This document shows positions 43,638 through 61,649 of a DNA stretch of 64,000 nucleotides, piece after piece (the first letter of the stretch is position 1; every line of letters starts with the position of its first letter). The notes beneath the pieces are model-generated. The model worked only from the letters and a program-made list of their open reading frames with translations, did no database searches and had not been told where the DNA came from. The stretch lies in assembly GCF_009914755.1 (NCBI RefSeq), contig NC_060928.1; one strand, 5' to 3'. This DNA comes from the human T2T-CHM13v2.0 reference genome, Homo sapiens. The position numbers were made by a program, and so were the translations under genes.

Positions 43638-44080
43638 GTGGATGTGGTGGATGTCAAAATGGTGACAATATTTGCAGGTCCTCTGAGTTAGAGGTGAAGC
43701 CTTTCATTGCCCTATTGATTGGGGGCTGGCCTTGTGACCAGCTTTGGTCAACGGGACAGCAGAAGATTGAGGCCTGAAAAGCATTTGCACACTGGGGATC
43801 TCTCTCACTGAGCTTAAAACAGCACTCTGTGAACAACCAGGCTGGCCTGCTGGAGAATGAGAAACCATGTGGAGAAAAGCTTTCACTGGTACAGCTATGC
43901 TAGCCAAGACCCCTGAAAGAGCTTTGCTGAGAACAGCCATCACAGACCATATCAGTAGGCCTGCCAGGCTGAAAACAGCCCAAACTGCTGACCTCCTGCA
44001 TTTTGAGCTAAGTAAATGGTTGTCGCCTAACTACATTATATTGTGGAGTGGTTTGTTACTCAGCAAATGCTAACTGATAC
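43638..44080 (+). mobile_element. MLT1G/H-like MaLR LTR
   Basis: gggctggccttgtgaccagctttgg..cagcccaaactgctgacc..ggtttgttactcagcaaatgctaactgatac. Confidence 0.75.
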
Positions 44081-44138
44081 CATGAGTGAAAGAGAGAGAA
44101 GTCTATGAAATAAATATGATTGATACTTAAATGTGTAT

Positions 44139-44170
<32 letters not shown>
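44139..44170. repeat. (CA)n(TA)n microsatellite
   Basis: Seen directly in the sequence. Confidence 0.9.
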
Positions 44171-46445
44171 GCTCACATTACATGAAGAGCCTCAAAGTAT
44201 AAGCTCTGTCTCCTCTCATCGCTGTTTAAATAATTCACATTTAACTCTATCTAGTTAACAGTCCATTTTATAAACATCAATTCCTTTAGCCTAAGAAGCT
44301 TTCCTTTCAAAGGTTTATTTTCAAATTCACCTTTTACGTGTTGCAATTTATTGTCATAAATACAGGGTTTTTTTTTTGTATTCTTAGAGAGCATTAAATA
44401 AACGATGTAAATATTAGTGATTGGGAATTTGGAAAATGCATTTGAAATGTATTTAAGTAGCTAGGGAAAGATTTCATTGTGGAAAAGATTTGATGTGAGG
44501 ATCCTTGATGCAAATGATCCACTGTTGTTATGAAAAACATTCACTTGTAAATGTGAACATTGTAATACAACTACTTCACATGATGGAAACTTCTGAAAAT
44601 GTAAGGGATGCTTTATTTATCTGAATTCAAGAAAAGGCTTTGTGTTTATATTAAGTTAATTTTAGATCACATAGAAATAAAAGAGAAAATTTGGTCTTCT
44701 GAAATCTATTTCTTGTAGATCTAGGATCATATCAGTCAGTTGCTATGATTAGGATAAGTGAATAGTTTACTATCCAATAAAATTTAGCCAAAGAAATATT
44801 AGACATAGATATGGGTATTTATTTAAAAATATACAGTTATCACTTTTGTGGTAGGTAGAAACGTTTTCTTTATCATCCATAGAAAGCTAACCTGGTTATT
44901 TTAGGACACATCACAGAGTTATCAAACTGCTATTTCTTTTTGTGATGTGCAGATTTTTCAGCCTTTCACACAATACAAGCACTTTACATTTAGAAAGGGA
45001 ACTGAGTATCAGATGCTCTGAAACTTCTTTGTGATTTTTTAAGGTCACAGATATTGAACTCATTGATAGATAGTCTCATACTATTAAAATCTTATTGACA
45101 AATCTATTAAAGGCAGTCTTTTAAACAAAATATCAATAAGAATTATGGAGAGTAATATCCATAATTGCACAATTATGATTGAGTTATGATTGCTGTAAAT
45201 TGCTCAAAATGAAAACAAAAGATATATTTTAAAAATTTAGTTAGCTCTTAATATCAGTATTATTGAGAGAGGAAAGTTGTGTCATCAGGTTGAACCTTCC
45301 CAGCTTCAGAGCACTGAGTTTTCCTTTTGAATGGAAAAGGGAGATGAGCTTTAACAATTCTATTCTCTGTGAGTTCTCTTTGTAAAATAGTTTTCTTTCT
45401 TTAGACTACTCTTTCAAAAACCTCAGAATATTTGATGACTTTTTTAGGGAAAATATTGTTGCATCGTGTTCCTTTTAAAAATATTTTATTAAACTTTCTT
45501 TTCAGGGCTTTTTCATACAAAATGAAGTGAATGTTCCATTCACAAAAATGGTTTGTTCTAACTAGAAGTTCTAACCTCTGGGAATGATGGCTTACTAATA
45601 ATTTCTCCCATCCCTTTCCATTATTCACTTCTCTCTTTGTTTGTTTTTTGTGCATCACCTTTCACCAACACCTTTTCTCCAGCTACCACCATTAAAACTG
45701 AGATGCCCAATTTTGGGTAAAATTTATGGAGCAGGAAATTAGAAAACAGTAACCATTGTCACCATCAGCCAACTAAACTGGCCGAGAACACATAAGTGCA
45801 GATCATAAAAATACATTGTGTGATGAAATATACAATATTTAAAAAATACTGCATGCAAAATTAAAGTTTACTGTGCTGAAATTTTCTTTAGGCTGTAAAT
45901 GAAAATAAATACTGAGCATAATATGTATAAATAAGGCAGAAACTATATCTATATGGATATATAAAGGTAAGTGTATAGAGATTTTCAGACTGGTTTATGG
46001 ATATATTATCAGGAGTCTGAAGACTTTCTCTAGGAATTTCTACAGTTTGCTTTTTCATTTAAGAGCATTCACTTAAAAATGAATACAAATGTATTCTTGT
46101 TCATCCAAATACTAAAAAAAATTTTAGCTTCCAAGTAAAGGTGGAAAGACATATTCTTCATTGGAAATTAATATTTTAAAGTAGTTCAAATAGAGTAAAA
46201 AGGTGGAAAACTTAAGTCTATAGCAGGTAATTCAGGCCCACTGTCTCAGAAACGTCTGTTTCATAGCAGTTGTGCTATTAGCATGGGTGAATCTTGAGTG
46301 GATTCCTTTTTGTTGTTGATACCAACTTCAATTTTCTTTGGTTGTGATAGTAACACTAAATAGGCAGAGTATAATTTTCCTCATCAATGCAGAAGTGGTT
46401 AAGCTAGCTATGGACTTACGGATTTCAATAATGTTACAATATTTA

Positions 46446-46833
<388 letters not shown>

Positions 46834-46964
46834 TTACATATGAGGGCTGGTTATTCCATTCAAAAAAGCTCCATACCTATAGTTTCATTTAAATCACGTG
46901 CATCACATTAAAGTAAGTAAGCTTTGAATTTTGGTGGTTATTTGGTTTTGAAAACAAATAATAA

Positions 46965-47165
46965 GGAGAACAATAGCTATCATTTACTAAGTGTTATGTG
47001 ATATGTATTATTATATATATATTTCATATACTTGCACGGTGTGTAAGGTGGGGTTCTGCTATTATCAATGAAGCATTTGAAAACTTAGTAACCTGTCTGA
47101 CTTGACATGGCTAGTGAGCAGTGGAGGTGGGACCACACCAAGGTATCATGACACCAGAGTCTCTG
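46965..47165 (-). mobile_element. MIR
   Basis: aatagctatcatttactaagtg..agtaacctgtctga..catggctagtgagcagtggag. Confidence 0.6.
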
Positions 47166-48699
47166 ACATCACCAGGAAGATGAAAACTAGAGGCATGAGA
47201 AGCTTGCATCTTGTTTTATGGTTGTACATATTTAAGTAACACTATGACAAAAGCAGTTTAAATCAACATGGAGGGAGGCTAAGCTTAAGTCATTTTTTTC
47301 CTTTAAAAACACCCATTACTCAGCTTTGATACACACTGTACTGGTCCCATCTAAGTTCGGGGTTCTATGATTTTGTGATTCCATTGGCTGTGGGCTTTGG
47401 TCTTTTAGGAACCATTTTAAATGACCTCAGTGGATGTTGTGTAATCCCACTGTACTGGGAAAGATTTAGGCTCTTTATACACTGGGGACTGCATCTATTA
47501 AACCCGTCCACACCCTGTGGTGTGTTTTTATGCACATTCCTTTTGTCTTCTAAATGAAGTTTCTGCATATGGGAGAAGAGTGTGAAAGAAAACAAAATTC
47601 TGGACTCTGCCTGTACAGTGATTACAATTCAGACACAAAAACATCTGCTGGGTTAAAGGCACCAGCTGTTGGCCATGTACAAAAATTGCATACAATGCCA
47701 TTGGTCAGGAAATTAAGAAAACTATCGTGTCAGTGGATCAAACTGTGAAGAATTTTGGAAAGACTAAATATTGTTCCCCACACTGACATTTAACCAACAC
47801 AGAGCACTAAATAGAGTATACTTATTTAAAGATAATTTCCTGTCCATCCCCTCTGTTTGGAAAAATCAGTGATTTTTAAAAAATAATTTTGAGCCATTTT
47901 TGGAAAGGAATGAACTTAATGATGTGAAAAAAAAAACTAGTCCTGCAATGAAAGAGGAAGGAGTTTTATATCTTTAATTCACCTGTGATTTTCTTGTAAT
48001 CTCCAAAGAAACTTTACTGAGAAAAACACTTGTGAAACTGATTTAGCTTTTAACTCAAAACTATTGATCATTTCTTCCAACTTTCCCTTTACTTATAGCC
48101 CTGATTTATGACAATACGAAGTCTAAACTTTAAAAAACGTATGCATCTATCTATTTTTAGGATTTGACAACAGTAGTTTTGTAAAATCAGTGGGCTGTTT
48201 TTGTATTGCTGGGATACCTATGCCACTAAAGTGTTGTTCTGAAATGTGTCATCATGGTAAATCACACTAAATTGATGACTTAGAGTAAAGCAAGTCTTAG
48301 AATTCATTGAAATGTGGAAAGCTTAAATTTTATAAAACAAAGGAATTGCTATTTTATTTGATACGTTCTTTGTATTTAAGTGCAAATAGCTATAGCAGAG
48401 AAAACTATTATAGTTGAATAAATATACTTAGCTTCAAGCTTTTCCAAAGTTCTGGAAAAAACAAAAAGTATAATATTTACATGACTAATTCCTTATAAGA
48501 AGCAAAGAAATACTTTTTTATAGGTCTTAAGTGTTTGGATCGAAATGCTTAACTCTGATGCCTAATGTTTCTATCTGTTTGGAGGGACACACATTGGTGA
48601 AGCGCACTCAATCCTTTACTGCAAGGGAGGTAAAAGGAATTGCCTGTCTTTAGTAATCTGCCATTAGGTGCATCTGACATTGTAATATTGCTTCTCAGT

Positions 48700-48810
48700 T
48701 GGATTGGACTAATCTATCAGATTCTCATGAATGGGGATTGGGTCTCTTGTTTCTCCTCTCTCCACCAGGTCCAGAGAGAGTCAATGACCTGGGTAAGTGT
48801 TTGCAAATTC
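48700..48810 (+). mobile_element. Probable L2 3'-end remnant
   Basis: ctcatgaatggggattgggtctcttgtttc..ccag..gtaagtgtttgcaaat resembles the L2 terminal motif. Confidence 0.4.
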
Positions 48811-50200
48811 AAAATCTTCTTTGGGTAACTTTTTCAAGACCAAAGCAAAAAGTTGGGAGCTAGTTCTACCTCAAAACCCCATCTTTTCCAACTTAACATT
48901 TATAAAATATTAGTTTGAGTCTCCATTTGCTGATTCTTGTCTTATTTTCCAATTGGTACAGAACCTATGTCATTGAGAAGGGTAATGTTTATTAGGTCCC
49001 TTCATGCTCATCTTGAGATATTTGGTTCATTTATTGAGAACCTTGTTAATTAGAAGACACAGCATATAATTTTAGAGAAAAATATGCATGAAGAAACTTG
49101 GGGGTAGGGTCAGGGCTTTCAACCATGGATTTTAGTAGGTGGATTCGTACCTTTAACTTGGACAGTGTGTTATGACCTATGTGGTGGAATGTGGCTGGGT
49201 TTGCATGTGGCTTTAGGATTTAGGCATAAGCCTTGTGGGATTTTCACCTAGACAGATCATTGCAGTTTATGGTAATGATTACAGGCAAGTATCAATTTCT
49301 GTAGAGGCAGTGAGTCTTAAGCAAAGAAGCAAGCCTTATTAAAGGTGGGTCTTAAAAGCTTCAGCAGCTAAAACTGAGAGGGCTAGGAGAGCCTTAGGAA
49401 GTGGGCAAAGAGCTAATAGACCTTAGCCAAGATGTAAGCTTGCTTTCAGATGCTACCTGTGTGGCTGTCCATGAGCGGTCATGGGCTTCATAAAGAGAAT
49501 TGTTATGCACAGACATTAGGGGACAGAGCCACCATTGGCTGTGTTTGCCATGTTTTTGGGCACATCTTCAGGACACTCTTAGTGTCAACTCCAGGAAGGA
49601 AACACTGTTTAGCATTGCCTTCTCTGTTCTTTGGAGCCAAGAAAGAAAATGGGAAAAGCATACCCTGGAATTTATGAGGCCTTTGCTGATCCATGTATCA
49701 CTTCCTACTGTAAGGTTCCACGTTGCCCCAGATTGGTTCATGACATAAACTTTAACCATGACATGAGATATTTCATGACACAAATTATGACTTCCTTCAA
49801 ATAAAACTGGTAAACTTGATTAATAAGTTATTAAAACTTTATTAATATCTTTTTTGACTAATACAGTCAAGGCTCCTGTTTCTTTCATTGATTGTTAATA
49901 AAATCTTGACTATGATTTCGTTACTGAAGTGATTTGATCAATTTTAGAGCTTCTTAGCAGCAACATCTTTACCAGCCACCAGAGGTTCTGGAGGACATCC
50001 GAAGGAATAGGGCTGGACATTAGGGAGAGGCTTCAGAAAGATGGAATGCCCTACTCTCAAGATTTACCCTTAGTCTTTAACTTTCTTATAGTTTATTAAT
50101 AATTATGTAAAAGCATCGGCTGTTTTTATACTTTAAACAAAAGCATCAGAGTTTGGTGAACACACTGCATAATACAATTAACAGCTTATAAATCCTTGTT

Positions 50201-51885
<1,685 letters not shown>

Positions 51886-52896
51886 TTGTTCTTTTAATAT
51901 TATTACTGTGTCCCCTTTATTTAGAAAGAGACCCACAGTTACATTGCTCTTTCCAATTATGGCTTGAGTCTTGATTTACAGTTTAGAGGAAAGTGTGTAT
52001 TAACATTTGGAACTGTGTTGTTTCTTTTGTGATGTGACTGAATTTATCCCATGTCTGCAAACAATAACTTAATTAAGTCTCCAAAGTCCCTTAGGGAAAA
52101 AGAGGACAAGACTTAACAAATTTTGAAGCATTGCAGAATAACAAAAGAATTTTAAGGCATTGTTCCCCAGCAATGAGGAGGGCTTTTTAGTGTATTGTGC
52201 TTTGAGGGGCTCTAACAATAGCAGTGCTATTCCAGTCCTGGGTTTCTTTGGCGGGGATGCCAGAGCCAAAAGGCACTAATGACCTGTGCCATCTGGCTTG
52301 TCAGCAACCAGTTTCAGTGGAGTAATTAAGAAATGTAGTCATTATTTATGCATTTTGACTATCTGTTAGAATCTGTTATTCATTCTAATATATATTTCCC
52401 AATGTTTCCACTGATTAGTCAAGATCAAGATCCTGCCTGTGTCTTCTTGAGCACGTCATTTCTGAGAAGGTTTTTCTTAAGATAATTTTGCAGTTAATTT
52501 GAGTAGAAAATTCTTTTCATAAGAAACGAATGGATGCCTTTTCTGCAATTTGGTAAGCTATTTAAAGATGCATTACTTAAAACATTTTATAAAGTCTCAT
52601 TGTTAGGTATATGTTTGGATTTTAAATCAGAAATATTTGGAAGCATGAATAGTGTATAATAATAAAATGACATATTTGTAATTTATTCTTTCTAAATTGT
52701 ACTCAAATTTTAAGGTGATTTGGATTAATGTTCACTTTCATCTAATATCTAAAAGCATGAGAATGCATCCTTGTTCTGAAAATTATTCTCATTCTCACCA
52801 ATTGTAGAGCTTGAATGAATCTAACAGAAAATAGAACCTTGGGAAGTCAGGTGACTTTTCTCAACATCATTCAGTTCTTAAGAAATAGACTGATTC

Positions 52897-53750
52897 TCGT
52901 GCCATGGTTTTCAGCTCCATCAGGTCATTTAAGGACTTCTCTACACTGATTATTCTAGTTAGCCATTCGTCTAATCTTTTTTCAAGGTTTTTAGCTTCTT
53001 TGCAATGGGTTTGAACTTCCTCCTTTAGCTTGGAGAAGTTTGATCGTCTGAGGCCTTCTTCTGTCAACTCATCAAAGTCATTCTCCATCCAGGTTTGTTC
53101 CATTGTTGGTGAGGAGCTGCGTTCCTTTGGAGGGGAAAGAGGCACTCTGATTTTTAGAATTTTCAGCTTTTCTGCTCTGTTTTTTCCCCATCTTTGTGGT
53201 TTTATCTGCCTTTGGTCTTTGGTGATGGTTAAGTACAGATGGGGTTTTGGTGTGGATGTCCTTTCTGTTTGTTAGTTTTCCTTCTAACAGTTAGGACCCT
53301 TAGCTGCAGGTCTGTTGGAGTTTGCTGGAGGTCCACTCCAGACCCTGTTTGCCTGGGTATCAGCAGCGGAGGCTGCAGAGCAGCAAATATTGCTGAACAG
53401 CAAATGTTGCTGCCTGATCGTTCCTCTGGAAGCTTCGTCTCAGAGGTGTACCCAGCCGTGTGGGCTGTCAGTCTGTCCCTACTGGGGGGTGCCTCCCAGT
53501 TATGCTACTCAGGGGTCAGGGACCCACTTGAAGAGGCAGTCTTTCCACACTTGGACACAGGAAGGGGAACATCACACACCGGGGCCTGTTGTGGAGTGGG
53601 AGAATGGGGGAGGGATAGCATTAGGAGATATACCTAATGTAAATGAAGAGTTAATGGGTGCAGCACACCAACATGGCACATGTATACATATGTAACAAAC
53701 CTGCAGGTTGTGCACATGTACCCTATAACTTAAAGTATATATATATAAAA
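52897..53750. mobile_element. L1PA (PA5-like) with 5' inversion: antisense ORF1/5'UTR piece 52897-53546 and sense 3' end 53547-53750
   Basis: ORF 52867-53145 is the L1 ORF1 N-terminus (SPPKERSSSP..ENDFDELTEEG); 17-bp TSD aagaaatagactgattc at 52880-96 and 53751-67. Confidence 0.95.
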
Positions 53751-53849
53751 AAGAAATAGACTGATTCAAAGATTGTCTTTGACTCCTCTTTGATTTCCTT
53801 TGCTGAACTTTCATTTACTAATCTGTCTTTAAATTTGGGCTCCTCAAGG

Positions 53850-53980
53850 GGCTAGATTTTCATTTCACATATGAAGAAATAGAGATACAGGGAGGGTAAG
53901 CCACTTGGCCAAATTCACACAGCTCATAGGTGGCAGAAGTGAGATTTGAATTGAATCTTGACCAGGGTCCAGAGTCTTTG
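53850..53980 (-). mobile_element. MIR
   Basis: catttcacatatgaagaaatagagatacagggagggtaagccacttggccaaattcacacagct. Confidence 0.75.
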
Positions 53981-53994
53981 TTGACATAATTTCC

Positions 53995-54122
53995 CTGAAC
54001 AGACCTTTACCTTCTTGAAAGATTCTGATTCAGCAAGTCTGAGTGGGGCTGGGGAAACTACTTTTTGAAAGAAATAGGGAAGATGAGGTAATTTTCTTCA
54101 GCAGGAAAGTTTGGAAAAATTG
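53995..54122. mobile_element. MER5-like (hAT-Charlie)
   Basis: agattctgattcagcaagtctgagtggggc..aagtttggaaaaattg. Confidence 0.55.
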
Positions 54123-54888
54123 CCCCAGAGAATAAATGTACAATGTCCATCCTGAAAATAGCAAAATTTAACAATTTTTTTTTGTATTGTTTAGAAATGA
54201 GAATACATCCATGCAAACTTGAAATTGTATATTTTCTTTTCTGGGTTCCAGCTATTCTTATATAGCTCTATTTCTGATGAGTAAGGGGGAAAAGGTTTTC
54301 TTTGTAATTATTCAGGAAAATAACTTGAGTACTAATAAAAATGGACCTAAACGAATTAAGCAGTAGATCTGAAAAATTGGCTATGGGTTGCTTTGTAGGA
54401 AATCATTGAAAAAGGGACCAGCCAAGTTATGATGATAGACATTTTCCCCTTTGTTTAGAAGGGTCTGTGATCTGCTGAGCCAAGCCAAGAACAAGAAATA
54501 TGAAAGTCTGTGTTTTCTTCCAGGACTCGACTCTCTTTGGCCTACTGGATGTACAGGAAGTGGTAAAAGCTGTATGGTGTCTCCTTAGGAATTGAAAGGC
54601 CTTGGGCAAATCAATCAGGTCCTGGCTTTCCACATCAGCAAGTCAAGATAATCATGTTGGCTAAACTTATTTGAATACCATCTGGATTCACTTACTGGCA
54701 AGTGTAAAGTGTTTTCAGAATACCAAATATTATATAGGGCATCCAAGCAGCTTAAATTTCAGTGCCCTCCATTCCTTCCCTTCCTGTACTTCAGTCTACT
54801 ACTGAATGCAATGAGATATAATAAAACCAAGATCTCAGGGCTCCTAGCCCTTTACCTGAAACTGCTCTTTTGTGCTGCTCCTACTGGC

Positions 54889-55264
54889 TGCTATCCACTG
54901 AATGTTTGTGTCCCTGCCCCCTACCCCAATTCATATGTTAAATCTTAATTCGCAATGTGATGGTATGAGGAAATGAGGTCTTTGGATGTGCTTAGGTCAT
55001 GAGGGCAAAGCCTCTATGAATAGAGCTAGTGCCTTTATATGAAATTAGTGAAGACAGCTCCCTGGCTCCTTCCACCATGTGAGGACACAGTGAAAAGATG
55101 GCCATCCATCTATGAACCAGGAGTGATCTCTCACCAGACACTGAAACTGCTGGTGGTTTGATCTTGGACTTGGCAGCCTCCAAAACTGTGAAAAATAAAT
55201 TTTTTGTTGTTTATGAGCCACTTAGTCCATGGTATTAGCATAGCAGCCCAAACAGATGAAGACA
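54889..55264 (+). mobile_element. MLT1A0-type MaLR solo LTR
   Basis: tgctatccactgaatgtttgtgtccc...ccatgtgaggacacagtgaaaagatggcc...atagcagcccaaacagatgaagaca. Confidence 0.88.
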
Positions 55265-56622
55265 TTGACCAAGACCTGCATGGAGTGCACATACTCTCTA
55301 TTAGCCTGCAATAACAATTTAGGCAACGCTGAAGGAATTTTTTTGTTTTTATTCTTATTGGTGTCAGAAAAACACATAAATGCTTATAATTGTTACAGAA
55401 AATTGATAACTTTCCCAGGACATATTTTTAGAAAACATGTTTACTAACAAATTCCAGACCTATGACACCATGCTCATTTACATACCCAAATAATACATAT
55501 GCCTCTTCTGTTTTAATTTTGTGGGCATTACACATCACATAACTAATCTCAGCTCCCTCTTTGAATTGGCTGCTAGAAAACTCAGGGCCACATGTGTAGC
55601 TTAGCTCTAGTAAATACATTGATATATGTTTGGTTTGTATGCCTCAATCTTAGCTTCATCTTATGTTTTCTTCTTTGCTTTTCCTTTTGTTCTGTTTTTC
55701 TCATGCAATTAATATTAACATTGTGTTTTAATGTGTCTTCAAGTTGCCCTAAACTCTTCCTGGAATAAAAAGAAGGGCTGAAAGAGAATTCATTTTAAAA
55801 ATCTCTTGACAAATTCTTATATTCATCTTCCAGAACTTCAGATACATGAAAATATTTAAAAATTATCTATCTCTACTATGCCTGCCATGCATATATATTT
55901 TTTTACTTTATACCACAAAAGCCATGATCTCTCTACTGTTTCTGAATATGTAGCATATCCGGAAAAAGCAACTTCATCTGTAATACATTTTCTCAGATTT
56001 TCTCTTTTGGGGAAATCTAAAACCTTTAGCATGGACTTTTTCATGTTGATAGACTCAAAATTCCATTTGATTTTTATTTTCTGGCAGTACTTCTCTAAAG
56101 CAGAAAAGCAAAGATAAAGAAACAGTCAATTAAAAAACAAACAAAATGCAAGTGAATACAGGTTGAGGAAAATTCTACTTTACAAAGTCCCTCCATCTTA
56201 TTGCCTCATTCTCAGACCTATTCAGTACTTGGAAAAATTCATAACCTGGCAAAATAAAAGCATTCATACTTCTCTAGGCTACAAGCCAAATCAAACCATT
56301 CTTTTTAATTACAGGTGAATAATAACACCCTTAAATTTCTTACAAATAACGTCAGCCTCCTTTTGCTTTTTGACTGATGGAAGGTGATGAATGACGACCT
56401 TTTAATTCAGCACAGCTGGATGTCTTTTGTTGCACTTCCTCTCAAAAGTTGCTGTGCAGATCTGGCCTATTTTGTCAGATGTGCTGAAAACAACGTGCCT
56501 GACTGGAAGTGGAAACAGCCTTCAAACACAAGACATTTGCATGATTGAATACCCTGTCGGGGGAGCAGCTGTGGCAGTCAATGCATAAGGTGGAAGATAT
56601 GCCATTTGTTAGAGTATCTCTC

Positions 56623-56662
56623 TGTGTGTGTGTGTGTGTGTGTCTGCGTGTGTGCGCACGCA
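56623..56662. repeat. (TG)n microsatellite
   Basis: Seen directly in the sequence. Confidence 0.9.
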
Positions 56663-57934
56663 TGAGTGTGTTTTGATTTGATTGTTCTTGGAGGACTGGA
56701 GGAGGCCTCTCTAGTAAATCTTTGAGGGTGGTATGAAAGTGACTTTAGTATTGCTGGCAATTTTGAGGCTGTCCTGTAAAATAGTGGGTTTATTGTCTGG
56801 ACCCTTCTTTTTTCATGGGTTTCAGAATACCCAGTAAGCCAGGACTTTCTTGAGCAAATCAGGTCTGTGAGCTGCAGGCCTCAAAGACTTCTGGATAAAG
56901 AGTTCACTCACTGAAGGTTACTAAACCAGTCTTTTCCAAGATGAATTCACTGCATTTCCTTGGGAAGATAATAAGAGTGTTGCAGCCACCGTTTATTTCC
57001 CTTACTCACTGTAGGCATAATTAAAATGAGTGATCTGTGACAAACTGCATCTGTGTCTCCAGGGGCACAAATGTTGTCACCTGTAGTAGATAGCTCAGCA
57101 CAGATGCCAATTTACTGGGGATATATTCCTCATCCACAGAGGCTGTCACAGAGTTGACACATCAGTTTCTCAAGATAGAATAAAGCTTTGGATTAGCTAA
57201 ACACCTTGTTTGTGTTTGATTTCGTGCAAAGTGTTTCTCAACCACCTGAGATCAGTATTACCTATATTTTATGGATTAAAAAACTATAGTAATGAGACTT
57301 GAAGGAGGTCTGGGAGGACAGTAATCACAAATTTAGGAAGTGGTGAATACTGAGATTCACACCCAAGTGTAGCTTGAAATCCTGTGTTCTTTGCCAAAGT
57401 TGGCTTTATTATCATTTTAACAGTGTGTTTTATAAAGCTTGAAAAGATCCTTTGAAAATGGAAACCAGACATTGTACTTTAAGAAATGTGTGGTAATTTT
57501 ATCTGAAGGGATTTGAATTATTAGGATTTATTTAATAGGCAAATATAATTGTACTGGAATTATTTTTTAACCTCTTTCTCTCATACTTCTAAACAAAGAA
57601 AACCCAGCAATGATTACTTTGATGGTATTTGCATGCCAGGAGAAACAAAGGGAAAAGAAAACAGCTGGTAGTGGAGACTCCCTTGTTTGAAGCTCTGACT
57701 TTTTTTCCAGTGGCCTTTAAATCGCTCACGTGGAATCACACAACATGATTAATTCACTTAACAAACTCAATGACTCATCATCAGCTAATAAGTACTTCAA
57801 ATGAGCTTAGAGAGTGTAGCTCTTTAGGTTTGAATACAAATGTTGTATCTGGAGGGACTTTGGAACTTTGAACTTTTTTAACAAATGTCCTTAATTAGCT
57901 GTAAGTAAGTAAACTGGACTTAGACCTATATGTT

Positions 57935-58143
57935 TAAATTTCATTGTTTTGTCAATACAGACATTTTGCAGAAGATAATTCTTTGTTTGGGGGACTCTCC
58001 TATACATCGTAAGATTTTTGGCAGCACTCTTGGCCTCTACCCATTTGTTGTCAGCAGCACCCCACCCCCTCCAATCAAAAATGTCTCTAAATAATGCCAA
58101 ATTTCTCCCAGAGGGCAAAATTGGCCTTGGTTGAGAACAACTG
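57935..58143 (-). mobile_element. MER20 (hAT-Charlie)
   Basis: gacattttg..gataattctttgtttggggg..tggcctctacccat..caaaaatgtctc..gggcaaaatt..ggttgagaacaactg. Confidence 0.85.
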
Positions 58144-58479
58144 TTTATTTATTTATGTACTTTTTAAGGACCTGTGATGGTTTTTAGTAAGTATTCAAAC
58201 AATATAAGCATATAAAGTAAAAAGTGACAATTTCTTACATAATTGTAACCCCAAATAAAGCTATTGATAATGGATGTTATCCACTGCACATCAAGTAAAC
58301 AATGAATACATAGAAACATTAAAATATATACTATTTATGCTAGGGAACAACTTTTAATAAAAAATGTGATCATATTAAAAAAAATTAAAACCCAGTAGGC
58401 TGGGTCTTATACACATACACATGCACACACACACACGCACACACATATATAATATATTATCTACATATGCATGTATATA

Positions 58480-60715
<2,236 letters not shown>

Positions 60716-61649
60716 TATGAATTATTTAGGCTTATGGAAGACTTACTTCATGGAAACAGTTTAAATTAATGCTTAGTCTTTTACTGTTTCAAATTACCAT
60801 TGTCAGGTGCCTGCTACAGACTTATCTGTCATTTCCAGTAATTCATGGTGTTACCTGTTGTTCTTTTTATCCCTTTTGATCCAATGTAGGACATCTGTTT
60901 TTTGTATGAGACCAAATTCTGGGAAAATAAAAATGTTTACCAAATTCATTTTTTTAAATTCAGTCCAGGAAATGCCTACTCCTCCATCATGTAGACTATT
61001 TTATTCAATAAAAAAATCCAGCGAGAAAACTGGCAAGTCTTTCAGATACCATCATGTATTCAGGCACTGAGAATAAAAATATGAACACAACTTCCTGCTA
61101 TTCATCCCTCGCATTCCTGAAATGCAGTTTAGGTGATAAAATGAACATTCCCATTTTGTCCTTGATGCTTCCTTTTGAGACAGGCATTATTTTTATCCAC
61201 ATTATATGAATAAGAAAATGAGGCTCAGAACAAGGAAAAAGTGGATCAAAGAGGGTTACAACTAAAGCAAATGACATATATGTTGAGGATGTATTTTATA
61301 TTCAGAGCTGCTGTAATCCTTGTGGGTACAGATAGCAATAAGATGCATGGAACCATGCTGAATTTCCATTTCCTTTCTTACTTATTGATGCTAAGATCAC
61401 ATAAGATCACATAATGAGTTTTCCTTCAAGATGACCATGACTTTATTTCATTAGTCAGAATAAACCCACATTCATAGTAACTGTCAATAAAAAAAGTAAA
61501 AATGTTGTTTGATTCAAAGGAGGAAATGAAGTTAGTAAAAAAAAATGCAGACCATGTATAATCTTATACTCAAATAAATGCAGCTTAATACTAAGAATAA
61601 CTTTGGAAACTAGTAGATAGTCCACAGACATTTATTAGATTAACAAAGA

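Noticed and set aside
49728-49795. Recurring catgaca motif, CRISPR-like spacing
   Set aside because: Only 7 bp, three copies, in eukaryotic DNA; not an array.
53239-53695. 126-132 aa ORFs crossing the L1 inversion junction (ORF0-like or chimeric protein)
   Set aside because: Antisense L1 5'UTR read-through; the inverted piece appears to stop short of the ORF0 and antisense-promoter region.
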